From a virus (taxonomy: Duplodnaviria > Heunggongvirae > Uroviricota > Caudoviricetes): DNA of 64,000 nt. Of this stretch, positions 8,992 through 18,847 are shown one piece after another (within the stretch, counting starts at the first letter, position 1; every line of letters starts with the position of its first letter). Both the position numbers and the translations under genes were made by a program. The stretch is taken from positions 68,460-132,459 of IMG/VR virus record IMGVR_UViG_3300021431_000080, one strand, 5' to 3'. Below the pieces are notes generated by a model. The model made no database searches and was not told the DNA's origin. It saw only the letters and a program-made list of their open reading frames with translations.

Positions 8992-9774
8992 ATGAGCTAT
9001 TCATTGATAGGACATTTTGTCGATGTCAAGAACAAAAAGATCATATGTTCCGCAGAGCTGGGGTTCATGAAGAACCTCAACGAGAGACGATATTCCAACG
9101 AGTTCGAGGGAATAACGCCGACAGGGACGGCAAATGACGACGATTATCCAGAAATTACCAAGTACCACTCAACGGAGTTCATCGGATATTTCAAGAAAGA
9201 GTTTCTTGATGATGTGAAACTGTACGGCACATATAGGGAGAAACTAAGGAAGGAAATGAACACCGAGGCGAAATCCTATGTATTGCTTGACGGGAAATAC
9301 GAATCCAACAAAGAATACATGGAGAAGTATGCTGCGAACCTTTCTCTCAATGAACTTCTCAACAAGGGTGACGATTTCGACCAGAAGTACATACTTCTTT
9401 ACAGAAGCGACACAAAGTCTTCCAACGGAACGTGGTTCAAATTATCCGACTTCTCTGGTGTTCAGGATTTCCTCAGAAAGGAATATGAGGAGAAGAAAGT
9501 GCGTCTTGACAAGCTCAATTCCATGAAGGACACAACGGAGTGGTTCGAGATGTCTGAGAATGCAAGGAACAATCTCCTTGAGGAGATAGGGTACGCTTCC
9601 GAGGATCTTGAGGAAATCGAGTGGAAGTACGATTCCATCGTTAAGATGAATAACATTCTTGATTTCATAAACGAGGATCTCGGGTTCAGATACGAGGACG
9701 AGGATGGGTGTACAAGATATAGTTGGAAGTACAATGATAATCGTGAGATTGAAATATATATAGAAGTTGACTGA
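8992..9774 (+). CDS. Hypothetical protein
   Basis: 260-aa ORF. Confidence 0.4.
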   Translation: MSYSLIGHFVDVKNKKIICSAELGFMKNLNERRYSNEFEGITPTGTANDDDYPEITKYHSTEFIGYFKKEFLDDVKLYGTYREKLRKEMNTEAKSYVLLDGKYESNKEYMEKYAANLSLNELLNKGDDFDQKYILLYRSDTKSSNGTWFKLSDFSGVQDFLRKEYEEKKVRLDKLNSMKDTTEWFEMSENARNNLLEEIGYASEDLEEIEWKYDSIVKMNNILDFINEDLGFRYEDEDGCTRYSWKYNDNREIEIYIEVD

Positions 9775-10067
9775 TGGACATAGAGAAAGACATTATAACC
9801 ACCGAGGTGATGAGTGATTGGCCTGTTTACAAACGTAATGTTAGAGAAATCCTGACATCGCTTGGTGCAGTTGAAGAAAACGGGAAGATTTCAATAGATT
9901 CGAATGATCCGATACTCGATGTTTATCCACATGTCTATATCGACGATGGTATGGGATATGGTGTGGATGATAGCTATGTCGTGGAAGTAGAGACTTTTGA
10001 AGACGATGGTGAAATCTATGTGAATATCTGGAGAGATAAAGAAACAATTAAAAATAAAGAGAAATGA
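9774..10067 (+). CDS. Hypothetical acidic protein
   Basis: 97-aa ORF whose start overlaps the previous stop. Confidence 0.35.
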   Translation: MDIEKDIITTEVMSDWPVYKRNVREILTSLGAVEENGKISIDSNDPILDVYPHVYIDDGMGYGVDDSYVVEVETFEDDGEIYVNIWRDKETIKNKEK

Positions 10068-10468
10068 CATTTGGAGAATTCAAATCGCTCTGTTATCCAG
10101 ACGCTATGCCTATGGAGGCGTGTTTGGTAGATGCCCTTATGAGGAAGCGGATAAGTTATCAGGAGATTAACATGGCGTACACAAATGCTCTTGATTATGA
10201 GAGGCATGTTGCAAATTCGAAGTTCAATGAGGCTGCCACCTGCATTCTGCAGAACCTTTCTGGAAATTTCACGAAAGATGAAGACAAGGATAAATTGAAC
10301 AAAAGATCTATTCATATTCTTAATGAGTGCTGTATTTTCCCGAAGCACATCTACGACTGTATGTACAATTATACAAAGGAGGATGAGAAAGAATATGATG
10401 AATTCTGCAATAACATGTACGGAAAGATATTTTTCCACGAAAACGAAAAACCGATCAATGAAGGTTAA
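10064..10468 (+). CDS. Hypothetical protein
   Basis: 134-aa ORF with an ATGA overlap to the previous gene. Confidence 0.35.
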   Translation: MTFGEFKSLCYPDAMPMEACLVDALMRKRISYQEINMAYTNALDYERHVANSKFNEAATCILQNLSGNFTKDEDKDKLNKRSIHILNECCIFPKHIYDCMYNYTKEDEKEYDEFCNNMYGKIFFHENEKPINEG

Positions 10469-10886
10469 AATTGTAAACAAGAGCGGATTCGATCTGCCAA
10501 AATATGAAACCCCCTTAAGTGCGGGTATGGACTTGAGAAACGCCGAGGAAGCTTTCGTTCTTGAACCAGGAGAAAGAAAGCTTGTGAAAACAGGAATCTT
10601 TATCCAGCTTCCTGAGGGATACGAGGCTCAGATAAGACCGCGCAGCGGGCTTGCGCTCAAGAAAGGCATAACAGTGCTTAATAGTCCAGGAACGGTTGAC
10701 GCTGACTACACAGGGGAAGTTTGTGTAATACTTATCAACCACGGAGATGAGATTGTTGAGTTTGAGAGAGGAGACCGAATTGCCCAAATGGTCATCGCGA
10801 GATACGAGAAAGCTGAGTGGGAAGAGGTCGACTCTCTTGAGGAGACTGATAGAAAAGGTGGATTTGGTCACACAGGCGTTTCATAA
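10458..10886 (+). CDS. dut: dUTP diphosphatase (dUTPase)
   Basis: [27 protein letters not shown]...[11 protein letters not shown]...GDRIAQMV are classic trimeric dUTPase motifs. The track ORF begins upstream; the true ATG is at 10458. Confidence 0.85.
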   Translation: MKVKIVNKSGFDLPKYETPLSAGMDLRNAEEAFVLEPGERKLVKTGIFIQLPEGYEAQIRPRSGLALKKGITVLNSPGTVDADYTGEVCVILINHGDEIVEFERGDRIAQMVIARYEKAEWEEVDSLEETDRKGGFGHTGVS

Positions 10887-11360
10887 ATGGAGAGAATTTT
10901 GTTTCTTGACATCGATGGAGTAGTCAACTCCGATGAGTATTTCGTCCGCTGTAGGAATAGAGAAGGAGATACTCTTTTCATCGATCCAGAGAAAGTGAAA
11001 CTCCTCAATACATTGAAGGATATACCTAACATCTCCATTGTCATATCATCATCGTGGGGGACATCCGCAGACACTCCGTTGAAAAATCTCGGGTTGGAAA
11101 TACCTATCTCTGGTCATACTGAGCATTTCTACAATGACTTCATGTGCCGTGGAAACGAGATAGAAAAATACTTGAACGACCATTTTGATATGTGTACAAA
11201 ATTTACTACCCTTCATAAACTCAATACTCTATGTAAATATGTCATAGTTGACGACGACGACGACATGCTTCTCGGTCAAAAGAAAAATTTTGTCAAGACT
11301 AATGCACGGAAAGGATTGATAGAGAAGGACATAGAAAAAGTGAAACAAATACTCTTGTAA
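10887..11360 (+). CDS. HAD-superfamily hydrolase (likely nucleotidase/phosphatase)
   Basis: N-terminal LFLDIDGVV matches HAD motif I (DxDG). 157 aa, adjacent to dut. Confidence 0.5.
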   Translation: MERILFLDIDGVVNSDEYFVRCRNREGDTLFIDPEKVKLLNTLKDIPNISIVISSSWGTSADTPLKNLGLEIPISGHTEHFYNDFMCRGNEIEKYLNDHFDMCTKFTTLHKLNTLCKYVIVDDDDDMLLGQKKNFVKTNARKGLIEKDIEKVKQILL

Positions 11361-11410
11361 GAGAGATAAATAAATAAGCAAAACATTGCATAAAACCAAT
11401 TCAGTTTATA

Positions 11411-11788
11411 ATGGCTAACACAAAGAAAACCACAACTACAAAGAAACCTTCAACGAAGAAAGAGGAAAAGATCGAAACTCCGAAAGTCGTTGACGAGGTT
11501 GTAGAGAAAGACGAGGTTCTGGATCCAGAGGAGACCATCAATACTGAGACTCCTGAAGTTCCCGATACAAACGAAACCGAAGTACCTGAAGAGAAGACTT
11601 CAATCTCCGCAGAAGAGTTGAAGACCGTCGATCTCGACGAACTCAAGAATGACGGAATGAACGAGGATCTGATTCCCACCGTCAAGGAAACTCCTGCTGC
11701 CGAGCAAAGACAGAATGTAATCAAGGCGACTCCCCTCTTCCCGAAGAGCAAGTACACCCAGAGCATGATTGTGAAGAAGTATAACTAA
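11411..11788 (+). CDS. Acidic Lys/Glu/Thr/Pro-rich low-complexity protein
   Basis: 125 aa, KKTTTTKKPSTKKEEK then ETPEVPDTNETEVPEE; predicted disordered. Confidence 0.4.
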   Translation: MANTKKTTTTKKPSTKKEEKIETPKVVDEVVEKDEVLDPEETINTETPEVPDTNETEVPEEKTSISAEELKTVDLDELKNDGMNEDLIPTVKETPAAEQRQNVIKATPLFPKSKYTQSMIVKKYN

Positions 11789-11805
11789 GTTAAAAATCAA
11801 TAAAA

Positions 11806-11837
11806 AAAGGATCCTTTTCATACGGATCCTTTTTTGT
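11806..11837 (+). terminator. Rho-independent terminator
   Basis: AAAGGATCC-TTTTCATAC-GGATCCTTT hairpin followed by a T-run. Confidence 0.7.
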
Positions 11838-11847
11838 TTGGGATTTT

Positions 11848-11867
11848 TTCAGTATCTTTGCATAAAA
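11848..11867 (+). promoter_or_regulatory. Conserved promoter motif copy
   Basis: TTCAGTATCTTTGCATAAAA. Confidence 0.5.
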
Positions 11868-11878
11868 GATGTTCTGAA

Positions 11879-12094
11879 ATGGATCTTGGAAACATCACAA
11901 AGTCAATGTCAACCATGGTAGTCACACTCAATGGCACAACTGGTGTCGTTGATGCGTCGGTGATTTTTCGTGAAATCGGCGTTGATTTGAATACCATGAA
12001 ACTGAATGACACCTGCAAGATACAGAAGATAAATATCAGAAGTTTCCACGGACACGTTGTCTGTGGAGATATCGTAAAACAAATAAAAACATAA
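11879..12094 (+). CDS. Hypothetical small protein
   Basis: 71-aa ORF from the first ATG after the promoter. Confidence 0.3.
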   Translation: MDLGNITKSMSTMVVTLNGTTGVVDASVIFREIGVDLNTMKLNDTCKIQKINIRSFHGHVVCGDIVKQIKT

Positions 12095-12098
12095 ACAA

Positions 12099-12794
12099 AT
12101 GAAGAAACTAAAAAGCATTTTGTGCATCAGCATGATGGCTTTGTCGATGCTGTTTGCAGCATGTAACAGCTGCTCGAAGCCAACCCCCGAACCAGAACCT
12201 GTGTTTGCAGGATACAACTTTGACAACACCGTCATCGGAGACTACGACTACATCGCAAGTCAGGAAGAGATGTTCATGTTCCGCACAGCCGAAGCCCGCT
12301 TCGATAGCACTCTCACGAAGGAATGTGAGAACCAGATCAACTATATTGTTACTTGGTTCCAGTGTGGTCACTATGTAAACATGATTTTCCATACTCCTGA
12401 CACAAACCGTATGAAGGAAATTATGGAGTTCATAGACATGATCAGTACCGACAAGTCGTATAAAATTGACACAAATGAGACCGACTTCCGTGTACATTTC
12501 AGATTCTATGACGCTATTCTCGAATGTGGGGAGATTAATGCACGAAATCCTATTACTTTCGATTCCTGCATGAAGATTGTCGAGCCTTACAAGGATCAGC
12601 TTCACACCCGTGTAATTACCCTCAGGAAATTCCTTGATCCGCGCCTTCCTGAGAATCCGCTGTACATCTTCGGAAACGGCATTCTCACAGTCGACGCTGT
12701 GACTGGCGAGGTGGGAACACTCAAGGAGTCCAATGACACCGTTATGTTAAGTCCGTCAATTCTGGAGTCTGGAATTGTTCTCGATATCCAGTAA
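12099..12794 (+). CDS. Lipoprotein
   Basis: Signal peptide plus lipobox (MLFAAC, with C at +1). Confidence 0.55.
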   Translation: MKKLKSILCISMMALSMLFAACNSCSKPTPEPEPVFAGYNFDNTVIGDYDYIASQEEMFMFRTAEARFDSTLTKECENQINYIVTWFQCGHYVNMIFHTPDTNRMKEIMEFIDMISTDKSYKIDTNETDFRVHFRFYDAILECGEINARNPITFDSCMKIVEPYKDQLHTRVITLRKFLDPRLPENPLYIFGNGILTVDAVTGEVGTLKESNDTVMLSPSILESGIVLDIQ

Positions 12795-12814
12795 GACAGA
12801 ACCGACAACATATG

Positions 12815-12846
12815 AAAAAGGAGAGTTCAAACTCTCCTTTTTCTTT
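12815..12846. terminator. Bidirectional rho-independent terminator between convergent genes
   Basis: AAGGAGAGT-TCAA-ACTCTCCTT hairpin flanked by A-run and T-run. Confidence 0.7.
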
Positions 12847-14462
12847 TATGCTTCGATCCAGTTTCCTTGCTTGTCCTTTACTTTGAACACCCACCTTCCA
12901 CTGGGATGGAGTTCTTCTGCGGGTTCCACATCGTTCCACCATGTAATTCCATCCCTTGAGAGCAGGTCGAATTTTGTCGTGTCGAAATAGGCGAACTTTC
13001 CGTCCCTCTCCACTATTATGAATCTATTCTGTATGTCATATATGTTGTCGATGTCGGTCTTGAAGTATCTTCCCATCCCTTCGGAATTCCTCTTTATGAT
13101 ATTGAACTTTCCTCCTCTTTCTATAACATATTCATCTGTGAAATATGTTTCGAATATGTTGTCGCAACGTATTAGCTCAAGGTTTGCAAACCCCCATGTT
13201 TTCTTGTACCAGTCTGGTTGTGATTGCGGCGAAGGGATAACTACAAACAGTCCATCTTCTGTGTCAACGAATGTGTTTTCCCCGTTAGTGAGTACGTTTT
13301 TTATTTCTGTGCTGTTGAATTCTAATTTAAAATTGTTGGTGTTTTTGTTTCTGTATGTAAAAAGTTTGCATTTTCCGTCTTTTATCTTTATTGCGTAGCG
13401 AAGGTTTATTCCTGCAGTTAGATTGTCCAACCTTTCTATTTCTTCAATGTACTTTGGAATTCCATTTACAGGTTTTATGGTTGTTCCGTCCATGATGGCA
13501 TATCCTTTTTTTGAGTGACATAGGAACAGGTATGCGTCTGCGCTGAAGTAGTTGTATATAATCATGTCAAGCCATGGATCGAACATAGGCTTGAGGTTTC
13601 TGTCGAGGATGTTAAATTCTTTTGCTCCCTTTCTCATCAACACAATATGGTTGACTCGTGAAGCTGAAGATATTTTCAAACTTACATCTTCTTTTGTGAG
13701 ATTTATGACTTCCTCGAAGTTTTCATTGTACACTACATCGTCAATGTCGCGGACAACATAGAAGTATAACGCCGTGTCCTTGTTGCCGTCTATCGATGCA
13801 ATGACATGGTCGTCTATGTCCATCACCCAGTTGAACTTTAGGTTTCCGTCGAAGTCCATGATATTGTACAAGATATCGTCCTTTCTCACTTTGAAGTGTT
13901 TCATGTCTGATGTGTATGTCGCTTCCTGAAACGTTCCGAGTGATTTTCCTTTCTTCATGTTCACAATCTCTGTGCTCTTCCCTTTACTGTGTCGCTCTGG
14001 ATATTTCAACACGGTGACATTTTGTCCTGAATCGGGTGTGATTTGGTATACAGCCCATCCTTTGTTTATAGTCTCCCCGGAAAAGTTAATAAGTTTCATC
14101 CTCTCTGTCCTTCTTACCAGAAGTGTAGCATCAGATAATTTTTCAACGTCGGTCACAAAAGGATTCGACTGCCCGTCATACTGGACAAGCATTCCTGTGT
14201 AGGATGACACGACTATTGTATTGTTGTCTATTGATATCGAAAGATCCTTTATTGCAAACATCTTGCACTTCTCGTCGCCGAATACACCGTTGAATTCCTT
14301 TATCCTTATATTGTCGTTAATGATATTGTCAACTTTGAAGTATGTCCCGACAACAGACAATGATTCTCCGAGGACTATGTCTATAATCTTGTTGTCCTTC
14401 CTGCAGATTGTAACCTTCTGGAATTTTTCCTTATTTACATCGTTAAATGGATATTTCTTCAT
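12846..14462 (-). CDS. WG-repeat paralog 1 (DGKFAYFD / DGKCNI repeat protein)
   Basis: 538 aa. Repeated 'ERDGKFAYFD', 'KDGKCKLF' and 'RDGK..Y' units, and a C-terminal WxDVEP tail. Homologous to the next three genes. Confidence 0.6.
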   Translation of the reverse strand: MKKYPFNDVNKEKFQKVTICRKDNKIIDIVLGESLSVVGTYFKVDNIINDNIRIKEFNGVFGDEKCKMFAIKDLSISIDNNTIVVSSYTGMLVQYDGQSNPFVTDVEKLSDATLLVRRTERMKLINFSGETINKGWAVYQITPDSGQNVTVLKYPERHSKGKSTEIVNMKKGKSLGTFQEATYTSDMKHFKVRKDDILYNIMDFDGNLKFNWVMDIDDHVIASIDGNKDTALYFYVVRDIDDVVYNENFEEVINLTKEDVSLKISSASRVNHIVLMRKGAKEFNILDRNLKPMFDPWLDMIIYNYFSADAYLFLCHSKKGYAIMDGTTIKPVNGIPKYIEEIERLDNLTAGINLRYAIKIKDGKCKLFTYRNKNTNNFKLEFNSTEIKNVLTNGENTFVDTEDGLFVVIPSPQSQPDWYKKTWGFANLELIRCDNIFETYFTDEYVIERGGKFNIIKRNSEGMGRYFKTDIDNIYDIQNRFIIVERDGKFAYFDTTKFDLLSRDGITWWNDVEPAEELHPSGRWVFKVKDKQGNWIEA

Positions 14463-16146
14463 TATCTATTGGTCTTCTTTTTGTCAGTATGGTTCCAGTG
14501 TCACTAATGTCGAATATCATACCGTCTTTCGTCACAGTGAATACCCTTGTGTCGTCGTCCCCGTATTTTTCTTCGTCATAAGGCTCAACGTCGTCGAACC
14601 ACATATATTTGACGCTCGACTCATATGTCTTTCCTGTCTTGAGGTTTATACTGTATTCCTTTTTGTTGGGAATCAATTCAGCCGACTCTGTATCGAAGTA
14701 TGCGAACTTCCCGTCCCTTTCGACAATCGGGAACCAGCTGCCCACATCGTATACAGCATCAATTCCACCGTCTATGAGTTCACATGGTTGATCTGCTGCG
14801 GGGCAAATTGCGTTCCATTTTTTGGTCGATTCGTTATATATAAACATTATGTCGTTTGTGCTAACAACATATTTGTCACATTCAAACAAAGTGTTTTGAA
14901 AGAAGATATATGTCTTTTCGCCGTATTTCGCGAACACGAAATCTTCATCCGATATCAGTATATCGTCAGCCCATTCCTTCAGACAAAGCAGCCATGGAAG
15001 CTTTGGGTTTATTATGTTGCATTTGCCATCTCGTTTTACAGCGAATATTGTATCTGAATAGTTGTTATCACCTATCTGTGTTATGTCGTCAAGCCATTCA
15101 TCTTCGTTGAACAACGGAATCATCGACGATTTTCCAACAATGTTGTATTTTCCATCTCTTTCTATGACAAAGGCTTTTTCATCCAATGGATCGTCAAATT
15201 CTCTTAACTTTTCGTCATATCCAGCCTTCAACGCCATTTTTCCGTCGTATCCTATCCAGTTGGATTTTAATTCAGAGTTTATCAGGAAAACATCCGGGTT
15301 TGGGGTGTCGTCCTTCTCGATTTCATATCTTCCCTGTTCAATTTCCTTTCCGTCTACAATAACTTGATATTTTTCCAGTTTCTTGTTCTTTATTGTGAAA
15401 AGAGCCTCATAACCGTACTCGTTCGTTGTATTCGCGAAACAGAGTTCAACTGACTCTCCGCCGAACTCGTCTTTCATGTATGTGTTTCTGAGCGGATCGA
15501 TTCTTCGTATAGGTTTGTCTGTTAGTATATTCCCGTCCCTGTCTGCGAGAATGTACATCATATCACCTACTCCACACTTGAAACAGTTCAGTGTCCTCAC
15601 GATATCGATGTCCTCGTACCATTTGTCGAACAAGTATTTCTGTTTCTTTATGTCCACGACATTGTCACAACCTTCATCTTCTCCTCTTTCATAGTCGCTT
15701 ACAATTATCGTTCCTTCCAATCCATGGACGATATAATCATGCCATCCGAGTGATATGATGTTCAGGTCACAGTCGAGTATCGCCTTCATTCCACGGTTTG
15801 ATGGTCTGCTCATAGTTGTCGACTCCACTTCTATCCCGTTTCTATTATAGGTGTCTATGTTGAAAAGCGGGGAAGGAAACATCTTTCCTCCGTCCTTGTC
15901 TATTACAATCCATTTGTATGTTGCTGGAATGGTTTCACATATGTATAGCTTGTAAGTCTTTCCTTTGTTGTAAATGTCATGGAAACCGATTTTGTCTATG
16001 CTTGAAACGCCGATTTTCTTCGCAACGTCAGTTCCGTCTGCGAGGATTATGTTCTTCTTTCCGTCTGGAAGATCTATGATCTTGAACTCCCCGTTGGATT
16101 CGTCAAGTCTGTATTCTTTTCTCATTTTACTTTTTCTGCTGTCCAT
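14443..16146 (-). CDS. WG-repeat paralog 2
   Basis: 567 aa with the same repeat units (ERDGKYNIV, KRDGKCNIIN, ERDGKFAYFD; C-terminal WFDDVEPYDEE). Overlaps its neighbours by ~20 nt. Confidence 0.6.
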   Translation of the reverse strand: MDSRKSKMRKEYRLDESNGEFKIIDLPDGKKNIILADGTDVAKKIGVSSIDKIGFHDIYNKGKTYKLYICETIPATYKWIVIDKDGGKMFPSPLFNIDTYNRNGIEVESTTMSRPSNRGMKAILDCDLNIISLGWHDYIVHGLEGTIIVSDYERGEDEGCDNVVDIKKQKYLFDKWYEDIDIVRTLNCFKCGVGDMMYILADRDGNILTDKPIRRIDPLRNTYMKDEFGGESVELCFANTTNEYGYEALFTIKNKKLEKYQVIVDGKEIEQGRYEIEKDDTPNPDVFLINSELKSNWIGYDGKMALKAGYDEKLREFDDPLDEKAFVIERDGKYNIVGKSSMIPLFNEDEWLDDITQIGDNNYSDTIFAVKRDGKCNIINPKLPWLLCLKEWADDILISDEDFVFAKYGEKTYIFFQNTLFECDKYVVSTNDIMFIYNESTKKWNAICPAADQPCELIDGGIDAVYDVGSWFPIVERDGKFAYFDTESAELIPNKKEYSINLKTGKTYESSVKYMWFDDVEPYDEEKYGDDDTRVFTVTKDGMIFDISDTGTILTKRRPIDNEEISI

Positions 16147-17651
16147 TTTCCATCAACTAGGCAATTGAAATCACCATTGTCGTCTATGGGTTCGATATCG
16201 TCGTACCATTTGTCGAACACAGTCTGCAAAGTCAGTATCGAGAATGCGTTGAACTTACCGTCTTTTTCCACAATAGGATATTCCGAATCCAAATCGTAGA
16301 CGTTGTCGAAGACATATGTTTTCCCGTGTGCATCTTTTGCCGGTCCGTATCCAACGATGCTTTCATAGTATCCAAAGGAGAATTTCCCGTCGGAACCCTG
16401 TACACAATACTTGTTCCTTGCGACATCGAATATGTTTTTGCCGTCTATTGTGAATGTGTTTGTCTTGTTTGTGTGGTAGCATATGACTATGTTGTAGAAC
16501 TCTCCTTGTCTTGCGCAGATAAACCCGCTGTCTGTCTTGTATATATCGTCAGACCAGTTCAAAAGTACAGGATCTTGAAGTTTAGGTACTGAATATATGT
16601 TACATTTTCCGTCTTTTCTTTTTACACAAAGGAACAATCCTCTTACAGGATCCGATTTTTCTATTACATATGACGTGAACAACATTCCCTTATTAAGAGT
16701 CACTAAAGATTTTGAGCCAAAGATTATGAAATCGCTGTCATTTATATATGCAGACGACACATCGTCTTCGAAAATTATCTTTGTGAACCAATTCTCATTT
16801 ATTAGCTTGAATTTGTCCCCTATTATGTTATAGTTTTCGTTGTCGTCTACAATTTTGTATATACCAGATGATAATTTGTTAACCTCAACAATATTCCTTC
16901 CGTAGTCGAGAATTTCAAGATTTTCTGTTATTAGTTTTACATTATCTTTGTCAGATTCCGTATCAACACAGCATACAATTTTTCCGTTGAATGTTTTTCC
17001 CCCGAAATAATCTTTACTTAGTGAAATTCTCAAAAGACTCATCATGTCAAATGATCTTCCGTCGAACATAAGCTTTCCTTCATCGTTCATTATGTATTTT
17101 TTCATCTCTTTATCCATACAAAGGAAACATTTGTTCGACACCATTTCCATCCCTGTATACCATGTGTCACTGAGGACGCTTCCGCCGAGTTTAGCAAGAT
17201 TGAATTTGTCGTTGTCGCTGACTATGAACAAATTTGAATTAGGAACATAGATTATGTCGTCATACCAATCCTTTAGAAGGAAAGTTCCGTCAGGTGAAAG
17301 AAAATTTGATTTCTTGTCTGAAGCTCTTTTCATCTCCATGACATTTGTCTTCTCCAGTATATTCCTTATCGGGTTGTGTATGTTTCCCAAGAACAGCATA
17401 GGCTCTCCTTTCTCGTCCCTGACCAAGTCTCCTGTGTATCCAAGAATTACAAGGTTGTATGCGGATTCTTCAGTTCTTACTGAAACGACCTCTGTTGGAA
17501 TTCCGTTTAGATCTTTTAATATCACGAAAAGCTTAAAGTTATCTTTTCCGTACATTTCGGACAACCGTTTCCCGTTCTTCAGGATAATATCGCCATTCTC
17601 TTTGTCGTATTTGAACTTTGTGTTGTATTTTATAGGAATCTTTTTCATCAT
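16122..17651 (-). CDS. WG-repeat paralog 3
   Basis: 509 aa with KRKDGKCNIYS, EKDGKFNAF, WYDDIEPIDDNGDF. Confidence 0.6.
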   Translation of the reverse strand: MMKKIPIKYNTKFKYDKENGDIILKNGKRLSEMYGKDNFKLFVILKDLNGIPTEVVSVRTEESAYNLVILGYTGDLVRDEKGEPMLFLGNIHNPIRNILEKTNVMEMKRASDKKSNFLSPDGTFLLKDWYDDIIYVPNSNLFIVSDNDKFNLAKLGGSVLSDTWYTGMEMVSNKCFLCMDKEMKKYIMNDEGKLMFDGRSFDMMSLLRISLSKDYFGGKTFNGKIVCCVDTESDKDNVKLITENLEILDYGRNIVEVNKLSSGIYKIVDDNENYNIIGDKFKLINENWFTKIIFEDDVSSAYINDSDFIIFGSKSLVTLNKGMLFTSYVIEKSDPVRGLFLCVKRKDGKCNIYSVPKLQDPVLLNWSDDIYKTDSGFICARQGEFYNIVICYHTNKTNTFTIDGKNIFDVARNKYCVQGSDGKFSFGYYESIVGYGPAKDAHGKTYVFDNVYDLDSEYPIVEKDGKFNAFSILTLQTVFDKWYDDIEPIDDNGDFNCLVDGKWTAEKVK

Positions 17652-18820
17652 GCTATTGAAAAGTTTGGTCTTGGTGAGTATGTAAGTGTTTTCTTCTCCC
17701 CGTTCTCATAGACGGTGAAATTATGTGCCTTTCCGTTGTATGTTGTATCATCGTCACCCTCGTAAGGATCAACGTCGTCGAACCATGTGTTGAACACGGG
17801 TTTACCTGTCGTCCTCTCAAGGAAATTGTATTTTCCCTCCTTCCTCACTATGGGGAAAAGACTCTTGATGTCATATACCTCGTCGAATTTGTTGGAGAGT
17901 CTTCCTGAGAAATAGAACATGTAACCATCGTCAAGGTATATGAGTTCTCCGTACCCGCATTCCACACAGTTGTTGCACTTTATGTATTCGTTCGGTGATA
18001 TGAACAGGTGTATTTTGCCTTTCCTCTTGAAAAATATGTACCCTTCTTCATTTGTGTATATGTCCTCTATTGACATGCCGAATATCGGTTTCAGTGTGGC
18101 GGCCTCGAATATGTCACACAGACCTTCCCTGTATTTCACAAGGATTAACGGTCTGTTGAGATTGAACGGATTGTCGAGAACTTTTATGTCATCGGCGAAC
18201 TCTTTCATTACAGGAATCAGGGATCTGTCCTCGAACAGATTGAATTTCCCGTTCTTTTTTACAGCCACCAGTCCACATCTGTTGAAGAGTTCCTCGTTTT
18301 CTATACTTTTCACTCCTATCTCGTCCACGCTTTCCTTGAACATGAATCCGTCTGGTGTGAGTATGTTTGTCCTCAGCGGTTCTTCTATATTGTGCTCATT
18401 CGTGAAAACAAACGAAGATGAAAAACGTATTGCATTCGACACGTATAGTTTTCCATCCTCTTTGTTCATCTTGGTGAGGTCTCCTGTCCTCTGATCTACG
18501 GCATATATAGTGTCTCTGTCTTCTCCGTTGCATACTATGAACTCCTGTGAAACGAAAAAATATGTGTCCAGTTTCCCTCCGTTTCTTCTTACCTCTATTG
18601 TTCTTATATTCTCGTATGTATCGTTTGTGACAGGAAGTCCCAAATCCCCTTTGATATTCTTGAATAGCATCCATCCCTTCTTTCCCTGTGACACCTCGTT
18701 TGTCTTGCGTGCCACGCTAACTGCGACGAAACTGTGTCCGTTCACCTCGAAGTATATGTTGTCGAGAGAAGTAGTCTTTGTGTCTATTCCTTCGTTTATT
18801 TTGTATTCTTTTCTTGACAT
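17648..18820 (-). CDS. WG-repeat paralog 4
   Basis: 390 aa with VKKNGKFNLF, RKEGKYNFL, WFDDVDPYEGDDD. ATGA overlap with paralog 3. Confidence 0.6.
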   Translation of the reverse strand: MSRKEYKINEGIDTKTTSLDNIYFEVNGHSFVAVSVARKTNEVSQGKKGWMLFKNIKGDLGLPVTNDTYENIRTIEVRRNGGKLDTYFFVSQEFIVCNGEDRDTIYAVDQRTGDLTKMNKEDGKLYVSNAIRFSSSFVFTNEHNIEEPLRTNILTPDGFMFKESVDEIGVKSIENEELFNRCGLVAVKKNGKFNLFEDRSLIPVMKEFADDIKVLDNPFNLNRPLILVKYREGLCDIFEAATLKPIFGMSIEDIYTNEEGYIFFKRKGKIHLFISPNEYIKCNNCVECGYGELIYLDDGYMFYFSGRLSNKFDEVYDIKSLFPIVRKEGKYNFLERTTGKPVFNTWFDDVDPYEGDDDTTYNGKAHNFTVYENGEKKTLTYSPRPNFSIA

Positions 18821-18847
18821 AGTGAAAACAGGTTTTCTTATTTATCT

